A stretch of 64,000 nt of DNA from Octopus sinensis (Eukaryota), in the NCBI RefSeq assembly GCF_006345805.1, contig NC_043008.1, positions 74,338,001 through 74,402,000 of the forward strand. The letters are read 5' to 3'. Below the pieces are notes generated by a model, which saw nothing but the letters and a program-made list of their open reading frames with translations, had not been told where the DNA came from and ran no database searches. Position numbers and translations under genes: made by a program. Shown here one piece after another: positions 1 through 12,847 of the stretch (positions are counted from its first letter, which is position 1; every line of letters begins with the position of its first letter).

Positions 1-149
1 CTATAGGATATCTGTTGAGATAACCTTAGCAAGTGATGTAATAACAATGCTAGCACAATAGAACATAGTATTGATTTATAAAAACGTTTAATACACTTTA
101 TAGTATGTTATGTCTGCATAGCGAAATATGGTGTCCGTAGAGGTCATTA

Positions 150-470
150 AGAAAAAGATATACAGTGGAGAAGACCAAGAATAACCCGCAACTATTTGCT
201 GTCATGAACCCGCAGAAGCAGATGCAGTGTCAAAGAATCGGAGAAATATTCCAAATATAAAGACCTGGTTATAGATAATTTGATGTAGAAATGTATAACA
301 GAAACACCGCCTAAAATAATGGAAACTGTGGTAAAGATAAAAATAAGCAAAACATGAAAACACATAGATAACCCAAACAGCAAGAGCTCCAAATATACAC
401 AACATACAGAAAATAATGCTGTTAGGCGCTGCAACCATATTGTGCTGTATACGTTTAATAGAACAGAAAC
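150..470 (+). mobile_element. Degraded 3' end of an R4/Dong-like RLE non-LTR retrotransposon
   Basis: Manual translation gives KESEKYSKYKDL...ETPP and, after a frameshift, IHNIQKIMLLGAATIL. This matches the EKxxKYxDL...IQKxxLLGTAxIL C-terminus of restriction-like endonuclease domains. Stops and frameshifts are present. Confidence 0.7.
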
Positions 471-540
471 AACAAAACAAAGCACATACACAAAGCTTAA
501 AGACATCTTCTCGGTAATGCATTGAAAGCACGCAATAAAC

Positions 541-720
541 ATAAGGGGAGGAGTAAGTCCATCACAACGCCCCCAGTACTTGACTGGTACTTAATTTATC
601 GACCCCGAAAGGATGAAAGGCAAAGTTGACCTCAGCAGACTTTGAACTCAGAACGTAGCCGCAGACGAAATATCGCTAAGCATTTCGCCCGGCATTCTAA
701 CGATTCTGCCAGCTCACCGA
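541..720 (-). mobile_element. tRNA-derived SINE, family A (Meta/MESC-like core)
   Basis: Minus strand reads GAGCTGGCAGAATCGTTAG (A-box-like), GAGTTCAAAG (B-box-like), then the core GCCTTTCATCCTTTCGGGGTCGATAAATTAAGTACCAG. About 10 copies occur in the window. Confidence 0.85.
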
Positions 721-723
721 CGC

Positions 724-850
724 GGTACTTAACCGGTGTTCCTTTAATCGATCGCCGGATGAATGAAAGGCAAAGCTGACGTTGGTGCCATTTGAACTTA
801 GAAGATAAACAGCCGTAACAAATACCGCAGAGTATTATTCTAATTCTCAA
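724..850 (-). mobile_element. Partial diverged SINE family A copy in tandem with the previous one
   Basis: GAATGAAAGGCAAAGCTGAC...ATTTGAACTTAGAAG...AAATACCGC repeats the core and head of 541-720. Confidence 0.65.
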
Positions 851-1359
851 AAGATTCTTCCGATTCAAATTCCTTGATTATTGTTCGAAGAGCAGTGGGT
901 GAGAGGCCACTAAGAGTATAGATTACAAACATCATAGACGTCTGCAAGGGAACTGAAAGAACGGTAAAACTGATAGTATAGAAGTTGTAGAAAATATATG
1001 ACAGAGCTCCTAGAGAGCAGGAATGCTATCTAAAATTTCCACCGATACAGAATTCTCTCATCAGAAGTCAATGCTTTCTACTAGGTGACAAGTACATGCT
1101 AATAATAAGCCACTTCATACGGTAAAGACAGGTAAAAGCCAGAATAAACGTGAATAGGATGATGTATCTTGCTAGAAAATCTAGAAATAATACTTACATT
1201 CGAGGTAAAAAAAAATTAAGTGATGACAGCAGAAAATGGAATTGCATAAATCACACAACAGTAAAAATAATTCGCTAAATTTAACTGAGGAAGTAACTGC
1301 AATGTTAAAGCCACTAGTGAATGTATTTATATAGTAAAGGTAATAAAGAGATTTAAATT

Positions 1360-1560
1360 ATTGGTTTCAAATGTAGGCACAAGCCGGTAATTTCGGCAAT
1401 AGAGGACAAGTCAATTATATCGACCCCAGTATTCCACTGATACTTATTTTATCGACTGTAAAATGAAGAAAGACGAATTCGACCTTAGAGGGATTCGAAC
1501 GCAGAACGTAAAGACGGATGAAATTTCATTAAGAATTTTACCCGGCGTGCTAACTGCCCG
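1360..1560 (-). mobile_element. SINE family A copy
   Basis: TTGGTTTCAAAT...ATCGACCCCAGT...TACTTATTTTATCGAC...TTCGAACGCAGAACGTAAAGACGG...CCCGGCGTGCTAAC. Confidence 0.8.
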
Positions 1561-3149
1561 TCTTTAAAAAATGTTTCCATATTGGCACATATATGGCTAC
1601 TACCAATGTGTAGCTTATTTGTCGTTCTGTTAAATAATCGAACCAATGTATGGTAAAATTCGCAAAGGAAGGAACAGTAATGTTATATAAAGTATTTTGC
1701 GCATGTAATTATCCAGGTAAAGTTAATGTGAAAGGTTAAAAGATAGGCAGAGATAGTGCCACAATAAATATGTGAGTTACTTGCTTTTTGTTTACGTACT
1801 CAAGTATTTGACCCGATATTAGCTGAATGCTTAGAAATGGAAACAAAAGAGGATATTTTACAATGGAAATGGTTAATGTTTAAATATGTTCTGCATTGCT
1901 AACCATTTTATGCTGTACTAACAGCCATAGACAATATTATTAACTAACATAACTACCAGAACTACATTTGACTACTGTCTCTGTCAGAGCTCGAAAATTG
2001 TAAGCAATTGTGATAGATGTCCTCTTGCTTGTTCGGTTAATGATATAATCTTCTGTGTGCTGTCTTTGTTGCGTTCCTCTGAATAATTTCAAAGTTAAAT
2101 CATCTTCGACTATAAGTTACACAGCCAACGTATAGGTTCTATGTTGTTGATACATATGCCAGAAATAGCGGCCAAACTATTTCTAATAACTCTCTACTTT
2201 GATTACAGTAAATGTTTGGTTCATGTTTAGAAGAGTTGAGAATAAAACTTCACGCATCAGACGGGATGAACGATATATCACTGATGATGATGATGAGGAG
2301 GAGGATGAGGAGGATGGGAGGAGATGGAGGGGAAGAGGAGCAGGGACAGGAAGTAGAGAAGGTGATGAATGGCGATGATGATAAGCGCCAGTTCAGTCAT
2401 GATTCAAATGGCCAAAATTCATTCCTACTGTGACTATCCTGTAGAACTACCTAATCCAGAGTCTTTTTTTTTTCTGATTTTTCTACGAGATCGTGTGGCC
2501 GCTTAGGAGCCGCTAATTTTTTTTTTTATTGAATGACTTCTATAAATTAAGCATATAATAGCTACAGTAATCAGCACATCACTGTTTAACTTAATTATTC
2601 ATATACATGACATTTACTTTTTCCTTTATATTTCTCAGCTATTTGCTATCTTTACGATTTGCTCTTGGCCAACAATGCACGCAACTCTTCTATATGTAGA
2701 CGAGATTATATACCGAAGCATATGTCCATAGTGGTCTCTAGCCTGTAAAGAAAAATCCAGCTGTCATTTCTCTATGTGTTTCTATAAATTTGTGAAAGTT
2801 ATTTTTAATTTCTTGAACTGAACTTCTATCTTACTATTGATAATTTCTTACACGCAACGCTCATTACATCAGCATTTAAATTAAATCCATTCCAAGGTTT
2901 GATGATGCAATCATATTTCATAAAAGAAAGTGAAATTGTTACAACTAGGATCTGAACATAACTGTTCAGAAACTTAAGTCAATTTCATTAGGAATCGTAA
3001 AGATAAAATCATGTCATCCGACATAAACGTTCATTTTCAATAAACTATAAACTTGCCTACACACACATATACATATGTCCATATACATATTGCACTTGTA
3101 ATGCGTGTGTTGTATATATGTTTCTTCTATTTTTTAATTATTATAAATC

Positions 3150-4410
3150 TTCCACTGAGGAGGGAGCCGGTTTCCAACGCAGATACAAGGTTCCATCTTT
3201 GGGATGCAGTTAACACAGACAAATTCACATTTGGAACTTGTGAAAAGTCTTGCATATTTTTACTGTTCCACTCACAGAATGCACTTGTAATGTACGAAGT
3301 AGCCGGACAATTTCTCTTTCTGAAAATCCCAGTTTATCCAGATTCTCCTTTAAGCATTTACTAACAAACCACATATTCTTCTTTTTCTTTGATTTTCAAA
3401 GAGATATTTATATCTGCAGCGCAGCTGACCTCTATTACGGTACATACCTTTGCCCCTCTGTCCCAAACAGCAATATCTGGCCTGTTAGGCTTACATTTGA
3501 CAGAGGTTTTGATGGGAATATTCCACTAGTATTCCATGTGTTGGTGTTTACGAATGCATTTCATAACAGATGGATTTTCTAAGTTTATTTCAGGACTGTT
3601 TTTTTCGCGGATGGCATATTTAATTGTTTTAGCAACAATACCGTCGCGCATAGTGAGGTATTACTGTGACGACATTTTAGGACAGCTGCTAATCACATGC
3701 GTGAAGTCTTCCACATAAACACGACATAGCCTACACATGCTGATGCACCTTGAGATTACAAGAGCGTCACTGTTCTCTTGTTCACCAGGTACTTAGTGGA
3801 AATCTCTTGTTTCTCAATTGCAAATGCATAGCCTTCAAAGTATGTGATGCAGTGGTTTGTGTCCAAGAGAGTCTGCGCTTCATGTCAATTCTACTGTCTT
3901 CTTCAAGCTTTCGGGCAACATACCTATGCATAGTCTATTTTTATATGTATGCTGAGGGTTTAGATCCAGGTCTTCTCTGAGGTAAAAGAGCCCAGCTATT
4001 TCGGGGATGTATAAGACATAATCAGGAAGAAAGTGCTTCTTGAGGATCTCACTGCCAACACGTACAATGTTGCTCACTTCACCTTTCAGCACTGCATTTA
4101 TATATTTATTTTTGTTGCTACTGTTCAGCAGGTGCTGCCTGAGTGATAGCATGCGGCATTCGAAGGCCGTCTGCACTGATCTCAGGTCCCTACTACCTTC
4201 ATTTCTTTTTAGGCTGAGCATAAAAGAAAGTCTTGATATTTATGGGTGGATTTCCTCTATAGAGCAATCAAGTATCCTAAATGTTGGAGTCAGCACTGGC
4301 ACTGCAAATGCATTATGGGATATTGTTTTGTTGTAAGATGAGAGTTCCGACAACCATATTTTCCTAAGTCTGGTCTAATAATCTGGGGTCACTCTATCTT
4401 TATTCACAGT
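3150..4410 (-). pseudogene. R4/Dong-like RLE retrotransposon ORF remnant (post-RT region, CCHC zinc knuckle, REL endonuclease)
   Basis: Minus-strand peptides LSLKRNEGSRDLRSVQTAFECR (RLYxxRxxGGRGL-like), YFEGYAFAIEKQEISTKYL, CRLCRVYVEDFTHVISSCPKM (CCHC) and WNIPIKTSVKCKPNRPDIAVWD...VIEVSCAAD (PD..E endonuclease). In-frame stops are present. Confidence 0.85.
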
Positions 4411-6099
4411 ATGTATGTATGTATGTATGTATGTATATATATATATCTGTATGTATATATGTATGTATATATGATTGTATGTATGTATATATGTTTGTAT
4501 GTATATATGTATGTATGCATGTATTTATATCTGTGTATGACTGTAAACTGCTTCCGGTATTTGTTTGGGAGTTCCAGGCTCTTGAGCCACTATTGTTCCA
4601 AGGTCTACTCTGACCTGGAATTGTAACACCTGTCAGGGTCCCAGTTGTGGATTAACTATCTTATATGATGACAATCCATCTGAGTGCAAGGACGCAGAAA
4701 TACACTTGATGGATGTAAGGTCACACAGTAAAACCACCGGGAGTGAGGAACCCCTAGCTATTGTTACAGCATTATTGAAGCGGAGGGAGACTCTGACGTA
4801 AAACTTATTGTTTCGCGTGGTTACTAGTCATCTTGATTCGGGCTGTCACTAGGTACTCATCACTGAGATAGAGGGTGGTACTCATGTTGTACAAACATTT
4901 ATCACTATATTCAAATGGCGAACAGATATGTCTTTATCATGATTTCATTTGCCATTCCATCTACTGCAAGTTTTATGGCGATAGAAGATTAGCGACGCAT
5001 GCAAGCCTAACCAAATGGAAGCTACAACTTACACAGTAACAACATTTGTTAGCCACTTATCCTTCTGCAACAGGACTGCAAATCATCAGAAAAGTCACAG
5101 GTGGAAATTCAGAAACGTCATTGACAACGGCAATCATCTGTCTAGATAGAGCTATGTATGTATATGTTCTGCCGCTCATTCACTCATCTGTAAGTGAGAG
5201 AAATTAAACCTTACATTTGATTAGAAGATTTTGCTTAAACAAATGGTCTCAGTATTTAACCTGGTATTATCAGGCTTCTGAGATAAGTGTACTTATCAAC
5301 GCTACTTAGTGCCTGTGTGTTTCTGGTCATAGCCTTGTCAAACTCTGTTTCTGGTAATACAGTTTAATATATAAATCTTGTTTGTTCATTCATTTCATCA
5401 AATTTGAATATGTCATGGCCTACAGATACGTTCGAGATGTCAACCGATGCTTTCAGTATCTGTAATTTGCTTCTGCTTCACGTGATCCACAACCGCAGCA
5501 GAGTGTTTTGCATATTAAACACAAATGCGCTTACATATGTAATACAGTGAGCTGTAAAACTACGATGAGCTCAGAATAGCCATGCAATTACGAGATAAAA
5601 CCTTGTTGCGTTTAAAATTTAAAACAACACTCAAGGCCTATAATTTTGAAAATTCAAGAACCGATGTAGTAGAGTTGTGTTGTAGGATCAATTCTGCCAA
5701 AGAGATTAGTAATGTGCAAAATTTTCTGTGATAGAAAAGAAAGCATGGTTTTGTAAAAATTAAAATATTCTCAAATATTGGAGTAAAAAATGTACGAGAA
5801 CAGTCTCTGAATTATGCACACGTTTTAGAGATATGGACGTTCTCTTTTATTAGTGATATATTATAAATTGTACTCGGGAGTTTTCAGTAAATATTGAAAA
5901 GGTGAATGGTCATCGTAACGATTAGTAAATCAAGATATTTCACATATATTTTATGGTTGTCATCTAGGCAATATCATATAATTAATGTTGTCTAAATTAT
6001 ATATTTAAAGTATATCTGTTCATAGGATATAGATGTACATTGTATAATGTCTCGTAAAACTGGGTGTTAACACTTATAACGCAGAGGAGAGATAAATCA

Positions 6100-6420
6100 A
6101 TAAATACAGGGTTGTGACCAGCCGCCATCAATTTGTGACGGTCGCCGTCGTGACGACATATGTTCTCAGGTTCCGTACTACTGATTCGCTCCATAAAATC
6201 GGGATTACAGCACCATGTCTGAAAAATGAGGCCCACGAAGTGAAGTGGCTACTGCAGCGAATGTCACTGGCCATTCGCAGCGGCAACACCATCGTGTTTA
6301 TTACCGTAGGGCGCGGCTGAGCACACCATTTGTCCTGGGAGACGTTGCACATTACCCACTCCCCCCCATCTTCTGCTGCTTGAACCCTTATTTTATTTTC
6401 TTGTTTTTCTTTATGTTTCA
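6100..6420 (+). mobile_element. 3' end of a CRE-like RLE non-LTR retrotransposon
   Basis: ORF 6114-6320 reads FVTVAVVT...LHKIG...EVKWLLQRMSLAIRSGN, matching the CRE-type FxPxAVET...WLxQRLSLAxxRGN C-terminus. A T-rich tail follows. Confidence 0.7.
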
Positions 6421-6583
6421 TTTTCTGTTTCTTCGTAATTAATTGTTATAACTTAAAGGAAATTTTAATAAATATTGTGAAGTTAAATATATATATATAT
6501 AACAAAGTGGGGTTGTAGGGTACCGCATGAGTGGAATTATATACGAAAGACGGTTTGAAAATGCAATTTTAAAAGATGTTTAT

Positions 6584-6628
6584 TTACTTTACCGGTTTCA
6601 CTCTTTGGAAAAAGATTGTCAAAAGTAA
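6584..6628 (-). ncRNA. Type I minimal hammerhead-like motif, U3-A8 core variant
   Basis: Minus strand: UUACUU UUGACAA UCUUU uucc AAAGA gu GAAA CCG GUA AAGUAA. It has a 6-bp stem I, a 5-bp stem II and a palindromic ACCGGU stem III. Confidence 0.6.
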
Positions 6629-6939
6629 CATGTTAAAGTTTGGTTGCGTTAATTATTGGTTGTTACAAAATGCTACATTACATATATACAGTCTTTGGTA
6701 ACAAGAACATGTTAAGGACATTAAAAAGTTTAACAACCTCATTAAAATATTGGGCACAAAAGATTACAACATAAATATACATTCTCAAGAAAATGTTAAA
6801 GATAGTTTCCAGAAGGAATTATTAAAAAGTTCAGTGGAGTATATTGGTATTGTATCTGATAGCTAATATTAGTAACTGAGTGTCTAACCTCTATTCCTCT
6901 ATAGACATTTTCGAGAAAGCTGCTCCGTATTATAACAAT

Positions 6940-6977
<38 letters not shown>

Positions 6978-6978
<1 letters not shown>

Positions 6979-8015
6979 AAATTCGGGCGCATGCATGTTA
7001 ATATTCTTAAGTTGTTACACCTGGAAAAGTACAGAACAAGATTTCTACTGTAGCATTTGCCGAATTTGTCACCTCTATAGGAAACTAAAAAGTACATAAA
7101 ATTTAAATTCTACTGTACTTAAAATATTGCAGCCGAGAATATCATTTTAAAAATTTACTATATTCTATTAAAGCAAAAATCATAAAACCATTCCTGGATT
7201 TTTCTAAAAATGAGCCACTCCGATTTGAAGCATGTCGGCTTATATCCAGAAACTCTTTTCATGTATAGCCCCTGTAGCTTTTAATATTTTCATTAAAAAA
7301 TTATTTAAATGTGTATTTAAGCCCATGGAAAAAGCAGTATTTTACAAATGAAATAAAATAAAATTAAGTTTTAAAAAATACAGTAGAATTCGCCTAATTA
7401 GTCATCCTCAGGAGAAAATTGAAAGTGACGAATTAGGTGAGGTAACGAATTAGCCAAAGACGAATTAAACTAATTCTATTGTGTTAATGCTAACTAATAA
7501 ATTTTACTTATGATTTATTTGTCAGATTAATTTTTTTTAATCTGGAGGAATTGACTGAGCATATGGTTGATTTGAATGACCATTCATCTGCAATCAATGT
7601 TTTTGTTTGTAATGGGATTGTAATGGGATTATTTACAAGTTCCTAGTTTATTGTTTGTACTTGATACAACGAAATAAATGACTATTTTAATTGTATATTT
7701 CAAAAGACATGATTTTCAAAAAGTCTTTGTTTAAATTTATTTCTGATTATTTTTATACTTTGTTTTTAAAGATTTACTTGTTTTTTAGATTCTCATAATA
7801 AATAAAATAAATTATCTCAGATTTACCTACTATGATGTATTTTAAATTTTAAAATGTTATTCTCGGCTGCAATAATTTATGTACAGTACGATTTAAATTT
7901 TAAATACTTTTTAGTTTCTTTTAGAGGTGACAAATTAGGCAAATTTTACTATAGAAATCTTGTTCTGTACTTTTTCAGGGGTAATAACCTAAGAACATGA
8001 ATGCGCCCGCATTTT
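6978..8015. mobile_element. Non-autonomous DNA transposon/MITE with about 180-bp terminal inverted repeats
   Basis: 6978-7156 is the approximate reverse complement of 7843-8015 (AAAAGTACAGAACAAGATTTCTA, AATTTGTCACCTCTA, TATTGCAGCCGAGAATA). There is no internal ORF. Confidence 0.8.
7381..7481. mobile_element. About 100-bp pogo/Tigger-like mini-MITE nested in the larger MITE
   Basis: TA|CAGTAGAATTCGCCTAATTAGTC ... GACGAATTAAACTAATTCTATTG imperfect TIRs, with three internal ACGAATTA repeats. Confidence 0.55.
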
Positions 8016-9355
8016 TCCTTGTAATCCACTTTTTGCAGGCAATGCGATAAAACAAACATTCTTTTGTTAAAAAATATTTGAATTATTTTTCATATTGATG
8101 ATTGAATTAAAAAAATAATTTTATGTTGTATTTTTTTTAATTTTCACATATTTGTTCTTTAATTCTAAAAATAAAAGTTATCTGTATAGGATTTCGTTGC
8201 ATTGGTTAATATGAAAATGATTATAAAAAGGCAAAAATAACCAAAGCATCCACCGTAAAGCATGAGGATCCACCTAACCTTTTGCCTTTTCTGAATAGCA
8301 TTACCAGAAACCACCAGGTCTGCCCATTGAAAGAAAGAAACAATAAAAATATAATATCATTAAATTTTGAGGAATAAAATTTTTGTAAATGATGTTTTAA
8401 TATATATGCTAAAATTCCATATTGTAATCCAGTTTTCATAACCTAATTTAAAACTGCAATATTTACAACTAAAATTCAATCTGCTTACTTAAAAAATACA
8501 AAAATAGCCAATGATCTACCGTGAGGCAGGAGGAGCCACCTTCCCTTGTTAGGGCAAAGTTTGTTAGTCAAAATTCTCATGCAAAATAAAAATCCAGCTA
8601 CTGTTCTTGTCTATTTACCTGAAAATAAAATAGCTGAATCCTGCTACTCTGAAAATCCAAACATATCTGAAAGCAAAAATCTTGTCAATTTACATTAGGA
8701 AATAATAATCTAATTTCTGCTACTCTTAATATTGAATTAAAGATTAAAAGCAAACAAAAAGTTATTAAAACTTGAGAAGTTCTTATAATTTTGATCGTCA
8801 TAATGCCTTGCTTTCGTTTGTTTAATAAAAAGGCATCCTCGTATAATGATTTAGCTTCAATTTTGTGATAGACAACTATCGTGCAGAAAATGCCAGCTTC
8901 TAATTCCTGTATTCTGGTGAAAATAATTAAACTTTAAACCCCAGCAACATTTATCTGCAATAAGTATTATGTATGTATGTATTTATGTATGTATTTATGT
9001 ATGTATGTATGTGTGTGTGTGTCTGTTTGAGAGTGTTTATTTACGAAGGACAGCAGAAAGAGTCCACTTGTCATCAATTGTTGTCAATTTACCCCTCTCT
9101 CCTTAAAGCTACGTTTTTGTCACACTCACCTTTTTTCCATGAACGTTTTAAAAGTTACTTATGTGTATGTGTATGTGTGTGTGTACATTGTTTGTTTGTG
9201 CGTGTGTGTTTGTGTGTGTGTATGTGTGTGTATTTACGAACGTATGTATGTAGCATCGCGTGTATATCCCTGAAATCGATTTCAGGCGTTATTCTTCATT
9301 TGTGATCTCACATATTTGAAATCTCAGCTTTTTTCTATTGAACCAAATCTCGGAT

Positions 9356-10376
9356 TTCTGGCTCAAAATGTAGCTTAAGAGGTGACCAATCTAAAAATGT
9401 ATAAACATCATCAAACTTGGTAAAAAACTGAATTAATGACAAAGCCTAGAAGAAGTCACGAGTGAGTAAATGTTGAGTTCAAGAATATTATTCACACACT
9501 GCTCTGTGTGAATAACATTTATTACAGTACAGTATATTCTATGAATATAAGGTAAATCTTTGCAAGATACCAAAATATTGAATAGAATCAAACATTTTGC
9601 AATATTGGTTTCCAATTTAGGCAGAAGGCTATCAAATCCGGAGGAGAAGGAAGTTGATTACATCGGCCTCAGTGCTCAGCTGGTACTCATGATATCGAGA
9701 ACTGAAAAGATAAAAGGCAAAGACGACCTAGGCGGAATTTGAACTCAGAATGTAGAGATAGACGAAATTCCGCTATGCTTCCATCCTGCATGTTAACGAC
9801 TCTACCAGCTCATCGCCTTAATACAGTAATAAGTAATATTACTTGAAAATTGTTTTGCACACTTTTGGCACTTATAATAACTTTTTCATTTAAAATCTAA
9901 AATTAAAATTTTTGTATATAAATGTTCATTCCTCTAGTGGCGGTCTATCAGAAAAGTTGAATTTATTTATAGTTTTCTTTTGAAAGAGAAATAATATTTG
10001 GAATCAAAGTCGATTTAAAGCGTTAATCTCAATTTAAAGCGTTTTTCGTCGGTTTTCACCTCAGTAATTTGTCTAATGAATATTTTTGCATATAAGTAAC
10101 ATGGATAGATTCTTCTAACCGAGATCTATCATATATGCTATAATAAAATATAGATTTATTAAAAATCGTTTTTGACCTGACATATTGTATTGAAAATTTT
10201 TCTACCGAAGCAATTTTCGAATTTTGAAGCTGAAAATGTAGCTTAGGATGTGACCAATCTAAAAATGTAAACGTTATCTAATTTGGTTTAAATCTGAGTT
10301 AGTGACAAAGCCTAGAAGTAGTCACGAGTAAGTAAATATTGAGATTAAGAATATTATTCACACATTCTGTGAATGA
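9356..10376 (+). repeat. Diverged direct repeat pair, about 170 bp (9356-9535 and 10222-10376)
   Basis: Shared AAAATGTAGCTTA..GTGACCAATCTAAAAATGTA...TGACAAAGCCTAGAAG.AGTCACGAGT.AGTAAAT...AAGAATATTATTCACACA. Confidence 0.8.
9604..9820 (-). mobile_element. SINE family A copy
   Basis: TTGGTTTCCAATTTAGGC...CTGGTACT...AAAGGCAAAGACGACCTAGGCGGAATTTGAACTCAGAATG...CCAGCTCATCGCC. Confidence 0.8.
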
Positions 10377-10776
10377 TATATATAGAAAACAATAATACTA
10401 CGCGCATGATATAGAGAAAACAATGACACTACGCACGGTTGTAGCGGGAAACGTACTAAAGGTTATAAAACTAATCGTGTGTTCATTCTCTACAAACACT
10501 TGAAAGAAAACATTCAGAGCATTCATTGTTAGATGTTCACTCAGCCGTGTCAGCTTTAACTTACGACGCCAAACATTGTCACTTCATAGTGACGCACGGA
10601 TGTTGCGGGGAGTCTACAAAATCTTCAAAGACTAAGCATGTGACTATCTTCTACCAGTCAAATCCTATTCAAAACGTACGCTAATTTGAGCTATCAGTTC
10701 CCTAGAAAAATAGAGCATGCTTCAAATACTAGTCAAAAGCTGCGACATCTGCGACATAAGCCATGCCTTGCTATTT

Positions 10777-10820
10777 CAACTTTTTGAAAATCATTCTAAA
10801 CTGTGAAACCGGTTAAGGCT
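10777..10820 (+). ncRNA. Degenerate type I hammerhead-like motif, U3-A8 variant, in a Penelope-type terminal repeat
   Basis: CUUU UUGAAAA ucauucuaaacugu GAAA CCG GUU AAGG. Palindromic ACCGGU, weak stem II, followed by AATAAA and a (TA)n tract. Confidence 0.4.
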
Positions 10821-11446
10821 ATGAATAAATTAATAAAAAATTTAACTATTCTCAGTGAATTTTCAACTTCTATTTTTCCTATATATATATATACATATAC
10901 ATATACGCGTGTGTGTATATGTGTCTATATATATTTATCATGTGTCCCAAAACTAAAGAATATATTCATAGTTTAGTCAAAGAAGGAAGGAGAACAGAAA
11001 TGAAATTTGGGCACAGACTTTGAGGTTGGAAAACGAAAGAAAATATGTCCGCAGACAGGAGACAAGGTCCAGATATATACTGAAGTGTGAACTCTGTCAA
11101 GGACACTCTTTGTGAAGGAACAATTCAGCCATAATAGACAACATTAAATGTAGTATTACAAAAAAATCATATATTGCCAGAAAGTCTAATATTCCCAAAA
11201 GTTTATTTCCTCAAACCACTAGGTTTAATAGAAAACTATTTGCCTGTCAACCTTCGTAATAGAAATCTATTTCGTTCTTTTATGATGTTTCCAAGTTATA
11301 AGATACTCCAAGCCTAATTCATGCGTAACTATAATAAACTGGTGACTGTTATATCCTTTTTCAAGTTCACATTTCTACTCACGTGTGTGAGTGCACACAT
11401 ACACATACACACACGCGCGCGCATACACACACAAAAAACATATATA

Positions 11447-12302
11447 TTAGATGTTCGGTCTAAATTTGACTATTTAGCATGTCTGCTATTATCAGTAACA
11501 GTTTGATATATTTGATGTATTGGAGAAAATTCAATAGCTTTGGTGAGCATGAAGATTAAATTCGTATTTAAGAAAAAGTGAGATGATATGAAGAAATGAA
11601 ACCATCTGAATATTGGAAATCAGGTTACCTGTGTCATGCTCTTTTGCGCTAGATATGAAAATCCAGACATTATGACTGCTGCTTAATGCTCTGTGAAAAC
11701 TGTAAAAGCTGGAAGACATGACTTGGACATCATGAAAACCAAGTTACCCCAAACTGTAATGGTTTTGGGGTTCTCCAATGACGCCATACCGCCCCAGTTC
11801 TTCAAAAAGGATCATTGGTTTCATTTAAACAACTGGAGAATCTGGTCAAATCCTGACTGGAGAGGGTTGCTGCTGGAAGGCTGTGTGTGGCAGCAAGATT
11901 CGGCATCTTACCAGACCTCCGGAAAGAGTTAGAAGTGATTGACGGACAATTTCTACAACGTCACCGGCCCCAAGTTCTAGTCTCTTATTATCCCGATTGT
12001 AATCTCATGGATTACTATGTGTTGGGAGCACTTGAGAAAGACACCAACTGCTCTGGCTGCAAAACCAAAGCCGGGCTGGTGGCCAAGATCAAGGGGATGT
12101 TCGAAAATTTTCCTAGGCATACAATGAGGAACGTATGCGTCAGGATCTTGAGCCTGCTTGAGGCCCATGTGATAGCTGCGGGTGATTGCTTTGTGTAAAC
12201 TATCTGCCAGCCATCATCTAGCTGATATAAAAAAAATTTACCTTTTAGATGGTACATTGCATTTTCTTTATGCATAGTGTAACATTTAGTCCGAACACCT
12301 TG
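11447..12302 (+). mobile_element. Tc1/mariner (maT-like) DNA transposon, internally deleted, with transposase pseudogene
   Basis: TIRs AGATGTTCGGTCTAAAT / ATTTAGTCCGAACACCT. Peptides KTKLPQTVMVLG, VWQQDSA, PDCNLMDYYVLGALE and LEAHVIAAGDCF carry the second and third catalytic D motifs, frameshifted. Confidence 0.85.
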
Positions 12303-12367
12303 TGTGTGCATGTGTATGTGTTTGTGTGTGTGCTTATATAGATAGATATATGTGTGCACGCGCGCAC

Positions 12368-12414
<47 letters not shown>

Positions 12415-12847
12415 CAATTACTTGCAGAATGCAATAGAATCGAAGAATTTTAATAGCAAAGACACCAAAGTAGAATCGAGGGCGGCGCACCTGTGCTTTT
12501 ACAGTGTTTGCGGACACTCAGGTAATTACTAAAGCATATACGGATTTTCCTTCCAGCTACGCATACGTCCACAAGTATAGACCAAACACACCCAACGTTT
12601 ACGTAAAATCACTAAAGAGTATATTCCGACATGCAGTCCACGGTCCCCTATAGGCTCAAGATGAAACGTAGAGAAGATTCCGAGGGTGGTGTAGTATAAA
12701 TGATAACACAAATGGGGTGAGTTTCACTACAACAGTTTCAGAAGTACTTCAGAAGTACAAATCAATTACAACACATAAAAAGAAAGTATTTTCATCCGGT
12801 AAATTAAAACTGAGGTAATATTTAACATTTAAGATTTTTCACACAAA

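Noticed and set aside
2212-2433. 73-aa acidic/Met-rich ORF
   Set aside because: It derives from a decayed (GAT/GAG)n simple repeat.
12428-12521. Possible 94-bp exon (TTGCAG...CAG|GTAATT) with one open frame
   Set aside because: The peptide is unrecognisable, the polypyrimidine tract is weak and there are no partner exons. RNA-seq would be needed.
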